This document shows positions 12,101 to 22,300 of a DNA stretch of 35,373 nucleotides, one piece after another; position 1 is the stretch's first letter, and the number at the start of each line of letters is the position of its first letter. The translations under genes and the position numbers were made by a program. The stretch is from Nemertoderma westbladi (lineage: Eukaryota > Animalia > Xenacoelomorpha), in assembly GCA_032718475.1 (NCBI GenBank), contig JAUCBJ010001801.1, positions 1-35,373 on the forward strand, written 5' to 3'. The notes beneath the pieces are model-generated. The model ran no database searches. It was not told where the DNA came from and saw nothing but the letters and a program-made list of their open reading frames with translations.

Positions 12101-14390
12101 ATCGGGCATGTTGACCACGGTAAAACGACACTCTCAGCTGCAATAACTAAAATACAGGCCACGAAAGGTCTGTCGTCTGTGAAGAAATACAACGAAATCG
12201 ACCGGGCCCCAGAGGAAATAAAGCGGGGGATTACCATCCAGGTGGCGACACTAGAGTACGAGACGGAGACACGGCATTACGCACATCACGACTGCCCCGG
12301 CCACATGGATTTCATCAAGAACATGATCTCGGGTACCGCCCAGATGGACGGGGCGATCGTGGTAGTCGCAGCAACAGACGGCGCTATGCCTCAAACTCGG
12401 GAACATCTGCTGCTCGCCAAACAGATCGGGATCGATAACATCGTGGTTTACATCAATAAAGTCGATGTTGTTGACGACCCTGAGATGATCGAGTTGGTAC
12501 AGATGGAGTTGCAGGAGATCTTACAGAACTACGGGTTCGACGCCGACTCAGTTCGCTTTGTCCCCGGGTCCGCGTTGGCGGCTCTAGAGGGGCGGGACGA
12601 CGCGATCGGGAAGCAATCCATCGATAAACTCCTCGAGGCTATCGACGCCGGGTTCAGGGTCCCCGAGCGGGACAGGAAGGCCCCGTTCCTGCTGAGCCTG
12701 GACCAGGTCTACCAGATCGGCGGCCGCGGTGTCGTCGCCACAGGGAAGCTGGAGCGCGGAGTCATTCGAGTTGGCGACGAGGCGGAAGTTATCGGCTTCG
12801 ATAAGTTGTTTAAAGTCAAGGTCGGTGGATTGGAGATGTTTCATAAGTCGTTGGAGACGGCTGAGCCCGGGGATCAGATCGGGGTGCTGTTGAAGGGAGT
12901 GAAGAGAGATGATCTCCGAAGGGGGATGCAGTTGGTTAAACCCGGGTCAATGAAACCCGCGAAAAAGATAAACTCGCAAGTTTATTTCCTTAGCAGCGAG
13001 GAAGGCGGTAGGAAGAACCCGGTTCATAGTAAATACAACACGGTTCTGTTCACGCGGACGATGAATGTCGCTTCCTATATTGAGTTACCGGAGGGCCGGG
13101 ATCTTATAATGCCCGGAGAAGATGCGGAGACTGCGTGGGTGCTGAATAAACCGTGTGTATTGTCGGAGAAACAACGGTTTACGATACGGGATGGGAAGAA
13201 AACTGTAGGAACTGGAGTCGTTACTGCAATAATTGAGTGATTCTCTTTATATTAGTTGTCTGTTTAAGTTTTATAATTTACGCTTTTGTGCGTCAGTATC
13301 AATAAATCAACAAGGTGTTAATAAAATGATTACCTTAGCTATTTAAGATCTTTTATTTAGTAACCCGAGGTATGCCATCGGGTCGGGACCACGGGATTCA
13401 TTAATGAAGCCGGGTATTCATCGGTTCCTATGGAAATCTGGGAAATAAAGTCAAGTAATTATTTTTTATTAATTTATATCGATGTTGTCATAACAAAGAG
13501 CCTAAGTCACTTTTTTACGAAAATGGGATCATTGATCCATATGTAGCATAAACCTGGCATTCTCTCAGAGTCCCACAGAATGCGTGGTTCCTGGGATATT
13601 TCCAATTTTTCATAACGGCCTAAATCAGATAATCAGATAATCCTAAAGTATGAATCCATTAAATTTTGTATTTTTTCAAAAGGTCCTACCCTAAAGTCAA
13701 TAAGACCAATGTACGATCACTATTCACTATATAATTCACTTTTTTCCGAGCTCGCTCGACCTAGTAGTAGTAGTATAGCTTAGGGAATCAAACTGCATAG
13801 TCTTAGATAAGCTTTTTTAGAAGACCGCGTTGATGTTTTATGGCAGAGGAAGTGGTCGACAGGTGCCATTGTATCTACCGTGCTTGAGAAAAGTGTGGTC
13901 CATATGAATCAACAGGACTCAATATGGCACTCGGCTTCATCAATTGATCCTACTAACTAGAGAAGCCGTCTCGCAAATGTTTAAAATTTAATCATAAAGG
14001 CCTAAATCATAAAAACTTTATATAATAATCAATATTACAACTTTTCTGACAAGAAATGTTTCCTGGCCATTACATATTAAATCCAAGTGATTAACTTTTG
14101 TGCTAAAACTATAGAATAGAAAATAGTTTCTGATAATACGTTTTTTTTTTACTTAGGCCCTTTGAAATGACAGGGTTGAAATTATTATATTATATTATGT
14201 GTAATTTTATATAATTAATTAATTTTTGTAACAATATTATTACAGTGGCTATAGCAGCCAAGGCTATAACAACAGCTACCAGCAGCGTGGCGGTTACCAG
14301 GGTTACAGGGGCAGTTACGGTGCTAAGGAGTACCACCCGCGAGGAAGAGGCAGTTCTGGTGGTCAACCGTGGCGGAACCGTAACGAGTAA
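6040..14390 (+). CDS. LSM14: LSM14 family protein (RAP55/Trailer hitch/Scd6), P-body translational repressor; 8 coding exons, 539 aa
   Basis: Exons 6040-6166, 6443-6597, 7022-7312, 8563-8810, 9519-9841, 10147-10321, 10478-10633 and 14246-14390, all GT-AG and phase-compatible, total 1620 nt. LSm domain ([21 protein letters not shown]...GTEDR...[14 protein letters not shown]), FDF ([11 protein letters not shown]), FFD ([14 protein letters not shown]), TFG ([11 protein letters not shown]) and RGG tail. Confidence 0.93.
6443..6597 (+). CDS. LSM14: LSM14 exon 2 (LSm domain, C-terminal half)
   Basis: Acceptor ttgcag|, [10 protein letters not shown]...DPAIIS; donor |gtgaga. Confidence 0.92.
7022..7312 (+). 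CDS. LSM14: LSM14 exon 3 (Pro-rich linker)
   Basis: Acceptor ttcag|, GC-rich Pro/Gly segment ending RKSPTMEQ; donor |gtttgt. Confidence 0.85.
7861..8157. repeat. 15-bp minisatellite, about 20 copies, in LSM14 intron 3
   Basis: Unit (g/a)gttactgcctg(c/t)ct in tandem. Confidence 0.97.
8198..8290. repeat. 33-bp tandem repeat, about 3 copies, with an internal palindrome
   Basis: tgatactaattaattaattagcggacaccttgc at 8198, 8231 and 8264. Confidence 0.92.
8563..8810 (+). CDS. LSM14: LSM14 exon 4
   Basis: Acceptor tctag|, SNQIEDH...NYNRP; donor CG|gtaggt (phase 2). Confidence 0.8.
9519..9841 (+). CDS. LSM14: LSM14 exon 5 (RGG and FDF motif)
   Basis: Acceptor ccgcag|, RGGRGG...[13 protein letters not shown]; donor G|gttagt. 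Confidence 0.9.
10147..10321 (+). CDS. LSM14: LSM14 exon 6 (FFD box)
   Basis: Acceptor tttag|, acidic stretch then [15 protein letters not shown]; donor |gtaagt. Confidence 0.92.
10478..10633 (+). CDS. LSM14: LSM14 exon 7 (TFG box and RGG)
   Basis: Acceptor tatag|, [15 protein letters not shown]...RGGGGYRGG; donor GG|gttagt (phase 2). Confidence 0.88.
11900..13240 (+). CDS. TUFM: Mitochondrial elongation factor Tu, intronless, nested in LSM14 intron 7
   Basis: Intact 446-aa ORF with an Arg-rich N-terminal presequence ending LRQYA; G1 [14 protein letters not shown]3 DCPG, G4 NKVD, G5 GSAL; domains II and III through [16 protein letters not shown]. Confidence 0.96.
   Translation: MAGLIYRYPFLRSTFCTRANRFINQIPSDKTVTGILNSLPFIPGNIFLRQYAKTFYTREKEHLNIGTIGHVDHGKTTLSAAITKIQATKGLSSVKKYNEIDRAPEEIKRGITIQVATLEYETETRHYAHHDCPGHMDFIKNMISGTAQMDGAIVVVAATDGAMPQTREHLLLAKQIGIDNIVVYINKVDVVDDPEMIELVQMELQEILQNYGFDADSVRFVPGSALAALEGRDDAIGKQSIDKLLEAIDAGFRVPERDRKAPFLLSLDQVYQIGGRGVVATGKLERGVIRVGDEAEVIGFDKLFKVKVGGLEMFHKSLETAEPGDQIGVLLKGVKRDDLRRGMQLVKPGSMKPAKKINSQVYFLSSEEGGRKNPVHSKYNTVLFTRTMNVASYIELPEGRDLIMPGEDAETAWVLNKPCVLSEKQRFTIRDGKKTVGTGVVTAIIE
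13301..13325 (+). terminator. Putative polyadenylation signals of the EF-Tu gene
   Basis: Two AATAAA hexamers (13301 and 13320), 60-80 nt after the stop codon. Confidence 0.55.
14246..14390 (+). CDS. LSM14: LSM14 terminal exon 8 (RGG/YG tail)
   Basis: Acceptor ttacag|, phase 2 matching exon 7; reads [48 protein letters not shown]. Confidence 0.8.
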
Positions 14391-15675
14391 AGGACGCCAT
14401 GTAGCGGAGCTTCCAGGTATTAACTAAGCAATGTCTGGTTCCGAACTGCACCGTTAGTGGTCTTTGGGAATATCGACGTCCCCTATTGACTGATGGGAAG
14501 GAATCACTGGACCGATTATTACAATAATTAAACTGCAATACAACTCATTATGGACATTGATTTATGGGGATTTACGCGGCACATTCAAATCTACCGCTAA
14601 TTTATCTGGGTGACAATAGATTGATTTTCCCACAGTGAATTACTACTTGCATGTCATGTTTCCCATAGATCGGAGGCTTTATTTTGGCGTTGTCCGCTTT
14701 GTATATCACGCGTTTACGGGAGTGAATCCCAGGTTGAGTATAATAATATATAATTGCTAGCTAGGGTATTATTGTTGTTTCAACGTAAGATGGATTATTT
14801 TATGTCTGAGGTGAAGTGTTCCTATAGAAAGTGAAAGTAAACAGCTTACAGTATTTACCATAATTAATTAATTTTTCAGCTCTGCTGCTAAACTTATAGA
14901 ATTTCGTTACAGGTCGGATTGTTTGCACTCGATGAGAGTAATAAGGTTAATAACTGTAGTGCGTAGATTTTTTATTAACTGGTTTCTTGTATCGATTATG
15001 TATTGTTCTTTTGGTTGAATTAATATCTAAATCCGTATAACCATGTAGGTGAAAGTAAATTAGTAATGGCGAATTTTTACCATCCGTTGTTTGTGCAATT
15101 ATTGACTAATTGCAATGTATTGATTGACTTACGGTCTTGTTTACTGTGCTAGGACCCCTATGTGTTGTGCTGTAGGTACGGAGATACGGAGATATAGTAC
15201 GAGATTGTTTGAGCCAATCCTTTTAGGTTTCACGCGTTCCCTTTACTCTTCTAGTATGGTATTGCGCCAACTAGCGTCAATGTAAAGTACTGCATGCGTC
15301 GACCCTAATAGGGATTGGTTTATGTGCTGCCCTATAATTAATAACGCATACAGTACGAAGTAGAGCTGTTTATTCTGTTACTATTAGTTATTCGTTTTTC
15401 ATCATCAATTGGTTGATTTTAAGTATCTTGGGTTAAATGTAATAATAAATATGTCAAGATTAACCCATTTGCAAACTTTATTATTTGTTAATTCAGAAAT
15501 CATGGGAGTGTTAACTATCTACGTCATGTGTGAGTGATACGATGTTAGGACTGGACATATTATTGTAAACATGTGGCGTAGGACGTAATCCCTAAAGCTT
15601 ATAACTTACTATTGGGTCCGATAGTGGCCATCAGGGAATGCTCTTGGCTTAACTCTAACTTCTGCTATTTACTCT

Positions 15676-15730
15676 GGTTTATCATTTTGTTTAGAATAAC
15701 GTGTCACCGTAACCTGCTCCTTTCCCTTAA
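15676..15730. repeat. Interspersed repeat terminus, copy 2 of 3
   Basis: ttttgtttagaataacgtgtcaccgtaacctgctcctttcccttaa, homologous to 355-405 and 32765-32817. Confidence 0.55.
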
Positions 15731-16389
15731 TTTATAATTTTACATACATAAGTATAATATATATTCGAAACAAAATGAATCGAATTAGTGGCTGAACCAG
15801 CGCTTTACGTGTTTCAGCCTATTAGAATCATCATTTAGCGCTATCCAGCTCAGCCACTTTCCTAGTACACTTTCCTATCTCTATCAGGCGGAACTACCGG
15901 CATCAAATGTGAGTGAAACAGGACGGGAAGTACAGCTAAATAAATATACAGCTCGAGTATTGCTGTCAGTTGTATTATAAATGAGGGAATTTTAATATTA
16001 TATTATATAATTATATTATATATTAAAATATAATAATATAAATATATTATAATTAATATAAGTGAATTTGAGTTGAGCTGGGGTTGACTTCACTCACACC
16101 TCTTTACATTTAATCTACAAAATCGCCTTTTAACAGATTAATAACCGGCGTGTCATGAATAAGGATTATATATAGTGGCCTACTTATTTATTTAATTATT
16201 GATTGTCGATTTATATTTTATATATATATCATCACTTAAAAGCAATAATCTATAAAAACTCAGGAATAATTAGTATAATATTAAATTTGAATTTCATAAA
16301 GTTAAAAAGTGAAGCTTCTTTTAATAAGTAATTTAAACAGGACTAAGGATGATCCAACTCTATAGCAAATGGAGCGGAAAAAATGAATT

Positions 16390-16461
16390 CGCCACCAGCG
16401 GGGATTGAACCCGCGTCTCCCGATAAACGTTCAGGTATGCTAACCACTACACCACGGAGAC
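16390..16461 (-). pseudogene. tRNA-like element (tRNA pseudogene or tRNA-derived SINE head; nominal anticodon GTT)
   Basis: Minus strand GTCTCCGTGGTGTAGTGGTTAGCATACCTGAACGTTTATCGGGAGACGCGGGTTCAATCCCCGCTGGTGGC has an A box, a B box, a perfect T stem and a downstream T-run. The acceptor stem has a T-T mismatch and two G-T pairs, and position 33 is C rather than U. Confidence 0.7.
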
Positions 16462-16733
16462 ATTCGAAGCTTATTTTGTTGTTCATCAAACGCCACTTGG
16501 CTTTCGATTCACAATTAAATAATTAATAAAGAAGTAATTCTATATTTCTAGGTCTACTTTGTTAGAATTCCTAACAGATTTCGCCTCTATCAAACAATGT
16601 AAAAAAAAACTATTACCACTTTATAGTTTTACTCCATGAAGGGTGATACAACAATGGAGTGCCTGTTCTAACTAAGTAATTACAGTATTTTCTCTAATAA
16701 CTAGTGTCTTTCAGAATGAAATAAATTAATTTC

Positions 16734-17708
16734 CTATGGAGAGATCGTAACGGCCCTTCCTTTCGGACGATAAACCACGGTGTTCAGCTTCTTGCTCTTC
16801 AAAGTAACCAGAGCCATGCCATGGGTCACCTTCTTCAATTCGTTGCCGACTTTACCATAGAACTCAGCTAAGGCATTGGCAGATGAAGTTGCAGCGGATT
16901 TCGATTTCTTTGAACTGAAGAGTCGAGATACAAATTCTCTGTTAGAGATTTCCTTGTTCACAGAATAGTAGGTGACGACAAGTTTACCGGTCAGGGTTCC
17001 GGTCCGGGTTCGTTGTAGTTGGACAACACCGATATCCGTCTTGGCCTGTAAATGTTTCACAACATCTTGGTATCCGGGATCTTTTGAGAACTTAGAACCG
17101 AACAGACGACTCTCGAAGATTTCCTCGGGGGCTCCAATATCGCCTTCAATCTCATTTCTGTATCCTCTTCTCAGGGTGAATGTGCCGTAACCACTCTTGC
17201 CAGCGAGTGGTTTATAATACTCAACGGTTAGCTTTGAGCCGGATTTGCGGATTATAGCTTCTGGATGAGGTGCGTTTGGGTCGTGGGAAGACTTATAGCT
17301 GGCAGACAACACCTGCTGTACTCCTTGTAAGAAACTCGCCTTTGTTGCGGGTTTTTTCGTTTTCTTTTTGCTTGAGAAAAGGCGTGCACCTTCATCATTG
17401 AATTCCCTAACAGATTTCTCAACCTTTACCTGGGTCATGTAGTCGATGAAGAGAGCGGCCTTGGAACTGGCAAGTTCGATCTTTAGCACAGCTCCTTTTC
17501 CCATGGAATTGAGCTTGGCTACAAGTCCGGTGTTGTCTGCGGGTTTGCTCGAGAAAAATCGAGCTTCATCATCCTGTAGGTTTCTCGCTTCTTCTCTTTC
17601 TCGGTCCAACTCCAAATGTTCTTCATTGGGTACTCCAGCCTGAACTTCCATAGAAACGCAGGCCATTAAAACAACCAAAATATATATTGGCGTCATTTTC
17701 ATCGTCAT
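16734..17708 (-). CDS. Secreted 324-aa precursor with signal peptide, acidic propeptide and four homologous Lys-rich modules; function unknown
   Basis: Long single-exon ORF in AT-rich DNA; hydrophobic N-terminus with a VQA|G cleavage-type site; four R|(F/L)F(S/G)SK motifs, each after an acidic linker. Confidence 0.88.
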   Translation of the reverse strand: MTMKMTPIYILVVLMACVSMEVQAGVPNEEHLELDREREEARNLQDDEARFFSSKPADNTGLVAKLNSMGKGAVLKIELASSKAALFIDYMTQVKVEKSVREFNDEGARLFSSKKKTKKPATKASFLQGVQQVLSASYKSSHDPNAPHPEAIIRKSGSKLTVEYYKPLAGKSGYGTFTLRRGYRNEIEGDIGAPEEIFESRLFGSKFSKDPGYQDVVKHLQAKTDIGVVQLQRTRTGTLTGKLVVTYYSVNKEISNREFVSRLFSSKKSKSAATSSANALAEFYGKVGNELKKVTHGMALVTLKSKKLNTVVYRPKGRAVTISP

Positions 17709-18524
17709 AAAGTGGGAAGATTTTAAGAAACTTACATAAAATATGACCTCTGTGTAATATATGATAACTTCTAAGAAACAATCCCTCAGAGTTTAAGAAT
17801 ATGGTTGCAGCTCTGCCTTGAGATTAATTATAAGTAGTTATATATTATACATGCATACCTTGGGTACTTTGGTATTAAGCGCGGCATTCGGGCCTACTTG
17901 AATGGAGTTTCAATTGGTTCATCCTGTGATCTGGAGATTGCCAAATAGTCAATTATAACTGCAAAACAACTGCATTCACACCCAGTCTAGTGCACAAATG
18001 ATTATTAGGGGTGTTTCACATCATTGAAGTGCGAGCCAGATTTCAGGATTACGTATAAAATTAAATTACTTTTAATTGACTAAGAGACACTGCAGTTGCA
18101 GTTTAATTAGTAGCTCACCAATACGCCATTGACGTGCAATAAAGACATTGATATACCCATGGGAGGATTATGTTAATCCACCGGAGCCACATGTTTTATT
18201 CCCATCCTTTAAGATCTGTCGATATATCGCTGCATGAAAATATATAATACATTGCATAATACCGCCACTGACTTTTTTTCACTAGAAATGGCCTAATGGC
18301 CAGCATTCAAGGAGCATGTTTTTTTATACTACTGTACACCTGGGGCCGCCGTATGCTTTGTTCGTTCTAGGGGTAGTTACAAGGGTAGTTCATTTCTTCA
18401 TACTATGGTAGCTAGCTAGTTTGGTCGAATTTATCAAAAAAATGCAGCTTATCTGGATTTAAATGAGACGAATAATAATCTACAAACTAAACGGATATAT
18501 AACGTTGTTGATCACCCCTATGAA

Positions 18525-18652
18525 ATGTTTCCTTGCGATAGATTGGACAGCAAACTAAAGGATTTATTCTGGTTCGATAAGGCGGGTATTGAATTCGTCA
18601 CAGACTTGATTCGATGCAATATCACCATGGACAGCCGAAGAGGACTTCCGAT
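18525..18652 (+). pseudogene. PIF/Harbinger (HARBI1-like) transposase remnant, 5' part, interrupted by the LTR element
   Basis: FWFDKAGIEFVTDLIRCNITMDSRRGLP joins in frame across the TSD to IAPELKVMIALRYLAS at 32284 onward. Confidence 0.7.
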
Positions 18653-19308
18653 TGTAAGCGGATTCAATTCCCTACACCACCCACCGAAAATGGGACCAGT
18701 GGCATTTTACCAATATAGTTGGCAATGCGAGATTACCAATAAATAATCTCGCCTCATAACCAACTCGGGGGGGGGGGGGGGGCGGCACACGCCCTACGCC
18801 ACAGAGAGAGGTGAGAGGTCAAACCACCTCAGTAGGACAACCCAGCTAGCGAGGCTAGCACCAGGGGGTAACACCTACAGGGAGTGACGAAGTGACAATT
18901 AGTATATAAGCCAATAGCGGGCAGGGAAGCACGTGGGGAAGGACAGGAGGGCATCCATTGGGTACCAAAGGCCACAGTAGTGTAGAGCTGAAACCAATAT
19001 GTATCAATCATAAAGTTACTCTGATTACTGATTTACTGGTCAGTTGATTATCACACAGTTGCGGACTGGCATAGTTTTGACCGTCATTTCATATGGTAAT
19101 TTATATTACTATACTGTTGCTGTCATCATTTGTATTGCAATCTATATTGTCATTTATATTCGACTGTGCTATTATCACAGGAATTATTAATACTGAGAAA
19201 CAAACTCTATTATTTTCCCCAACGGCCTTTGGCCAAAGATATTAGCCCAGCAGCCAAGTGATGCGTACAATCTTACCCGGTCGGGATCTCAGAGTCGATC
19301 CCGTCACA
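18653..19308 (+). repeat. 5' LTR (656 bp)
   Basis: TGTAAGCGG...CCGTCACA; TATATAA near 18903; direct repeat of 31662-32278. Confidence 0.96.
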
Positions 19309-19366
19309 GTCAAAACTTTCGACTCAACAGCTGTGACCACAACCCGAGGAGGACAGAGGCCCTAAG

Positions 19367-22300
19367 ATGAGCGAACAGATGCCCCAGATTCCAGAGGGAG
19401 AAAGAACACCGCCCCGGACCCCGGACGACACCAACCAAACGATCCGAGAGGCCGCAACGAGACGATACCGGCCCGCCACCCCGGATTCGCCAACGAGGGA
19501 CGATCCGGATACCCAAGCGGAGGGCGGCCAACAACGAGGAGGGAAAGTCAATGAGGAGTCAACGCGAGGTGACGACGGCGGTCGGAGTACCAAAGTCGCT
19601 GGCCAAACACAGGCCGAGGGCGACGAACGGCCCACCAGAACGGCGACGGTGGGTGCCGACGGTACGATGCCGGACGAGGGGGGAAGGTAGAGTCAACGAG
19701 GAGGACGTCGGGATGAGTGATCGCCTGCGATGGGCCTACAACACCACCAAGAAGATGTTAAAGGACGCCAAGGAAGGGAGAAAGGTAGACCAGCCTAAAC
19801 TATATCAGAGGCTAGGTGAGTCTAATAAACACTTTTGTTATTTAGTCCGTTTTGGACAGGGAGAACTGGCGAGTGAGAGGGCAAGGGGGGTTGCCACAGA
19901 ACTATTTCAATTGTGGCGATCCAAGGTGATGGAGGTGGACGTAGTGTACCTAGGGCCTTACTTAGTGGATGCCAGGGGAATTAAATTAGTGGGATGGGCA
20001 GACCCGCAGGATGGCGACTCCGAGGTTAACCCCGAAGATTCGGTATCGTCGGTTAGTAAGAACCCCAGCAAACAGGGGAAAATTAGTAGGACAGACAGGC
20101 GACGGGAGTCCGTCGCAACTGATAAGTCCGCTACATCCTCGGTGAAAGCAAGACGGGTGTTAGAGATAGATCTGGCGTGTGAACTAGACATTGTTGCGCT
20201 AGATCAAAAGGAACTAGAAAGGCAGTTGGACGAGGGAACTGCGTTGCTAGAGAGGGAGAGAGAATTATCGAGAGAGTGTAAAGAGAGGGTCGAGAGGGTG
20301 GCGAGAAACTTTAGAGAGGGAGTATTAGGGAGGATAGAGAGAGAGAGAGGGCAGGCAAACGCTTGCGGGACGATATGCATACCTGGCTGAGGGGGTTAAT
20401 GCAATATCAAGCGAAACAAAAGCGCCGACTAGAACTGGCGAAAACGGGTTTATCGGAGAGCGAGGCTGGTTCGGGTAGTATTTACGAGGAACCAGAGGTG
20501 ATGGAAACCTTTGTTAATACCGCACTTACAGGTACCGGACGACAGACCCAGGACTGGTGTGACCGTAGGGCGGGGGGGGGGGGGGGGGGGGTTAATAATA
20601 ATACGTTTGAGGGAGTTAATATTAATAGTACTGTAATAGATAACCCTAATCAAACCTTTCTTTCAGGAAATAATATTTTACCCAGTAACAATAATCCTAA
20701 TGTTGGTGTGCAAAATAATTTAAATAATAATATAAATAATACCGAACAAAATAATTTACATAATTTAAACTATAATTTAGGTAATAATAATATAATAAAT
20801 AACCCCGAAGAAATTAATCAGAGTAATATCATTAATAATGGTGTAACAAACAAGGGCGAAATTATTAACGGTGCGATTAATACAAATGTAGGGGGAACAA
20901 GCGAGCCAGCGAATGAGAGCCTGCAAGGCCACACAGTTGCGCAGGGAGGAGCGGGGGTGAATAAACCCAGCGAGGGTAGAGATAATGCATCAACTAGAAG
21001 GGGGCGTAGGGGCGAAGTAAGAGGTGATGGAGGGGGGGGGGCTACGGGTACCCCACCACAAGCGATTAGTGGCGAGAGGGGGGGGGGGGGGGGGCAGAGA
21101 ATTCCCACAAGCTTCAACGGGTAATGCGCGCGGCAAGTTAAGTGAGCCGTGGCACCCAACGGCGGGCGAGAGGGGGGGGGGGGTAAAGAATGTCCCACAA
21201 GCGTTGGTGGATAATGCGCGCGGTGAATAAAGTGAACCGCGGGATAGTAGGGATAGTAGGGGGGGACTGCGAATATCCCCAGGGCCGTCCAACCGGGCAG
21301 AGGGAGAGACGTTGGCGCCGTGAGTGGGCGAGCTAGAAAACGTCGAGCCCAATTGGAAGACGGAAGAAGAACAGTGGAGTTTATCCGGGAGGTCGGAGCG
21401 AGATCTCACGAGGAGGAACACTGCACTGAAACGAGACGAAGTGAGGAGAATCGAAGGAGCATTGCTACGGGCAACCAAAGGGGAAGGATGGACAGTGAAC
21501 CGTCAGTAATCGAGATGGAGATGGAGAGCCGATGGGGTCATACTCCGGGAGATTGCCGTCGCCCCAGAGAAACACAACCTGGTGAGATATACCACACACC
21601 GGGAGTGGGGTACAAAGTGTACCGGTACGAGGATGAAGACATGAGAGGGGATCGAAGAGAAACTTCCCATCGGAACGTAGTTGCCGATTGAGAATATGGT
21701 AGTCGCGGGGAGGACTTCTTGGAATATTCGAGAAGATTTAACTTCGGTCCGGAAGGACACAGGCAGACTGCAGGACATACTGTAGGCCTTACTGCACATA
21801 CTATATACTGCATATAGTATAGGCGATAGGGTGGCGCGGACAACGGGATTAAACCCGGAAGTAGCAGCGTACATACTGGTCAGTAGGCAAGAAGTGGATA
21901 GGCCTATACCGGTACCTGCACACCAGTATGACTATAACATGCAGGGGTATAATATATACCCAGGGGAGGAGGGAGGTATTGCCGATAGGTGCATGGGCCC
22001 TAACATGATAACATCAACCCCAGTGCCAAATATAACACTGGTGGGGGGGGGGGGGGGCAGGGTGACATTCCCCCATTGCAGTATCAGCAATACACTTAGC
22101 CAAGAACGAAAACCCCAAACCCCTCAGACCCAAATAAGTCGTGCGACATGGAGATATGGAGGGGACTGTTACCCCCGATGATATATCCAACACAAGGAAA
22201 TTCGACTGGCCCGACGGGTGAACCGCACCCAATAGCAAGGGAGTCTGTATCCCAACCATCGAGCGCACTGGAAGTACAGGCGATGGGAATGGCAACACTC

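Noticed and set aside
11900-13240. Bacterial tuf from horizontal transfer or contamination
   Set aside because: It has a mitochondrial-type presequence, animal mitochondrial EF-Tu-like motifs and AATAAA signals, and it sits within a spliced host gene.
14245-14427. Independent 60-aa ORF (MAIAAKA...)
   Set aside because: It is an alternative frame of LSM14 exon 8; the RGG/YG-rich frame matches the upstream splice phase.
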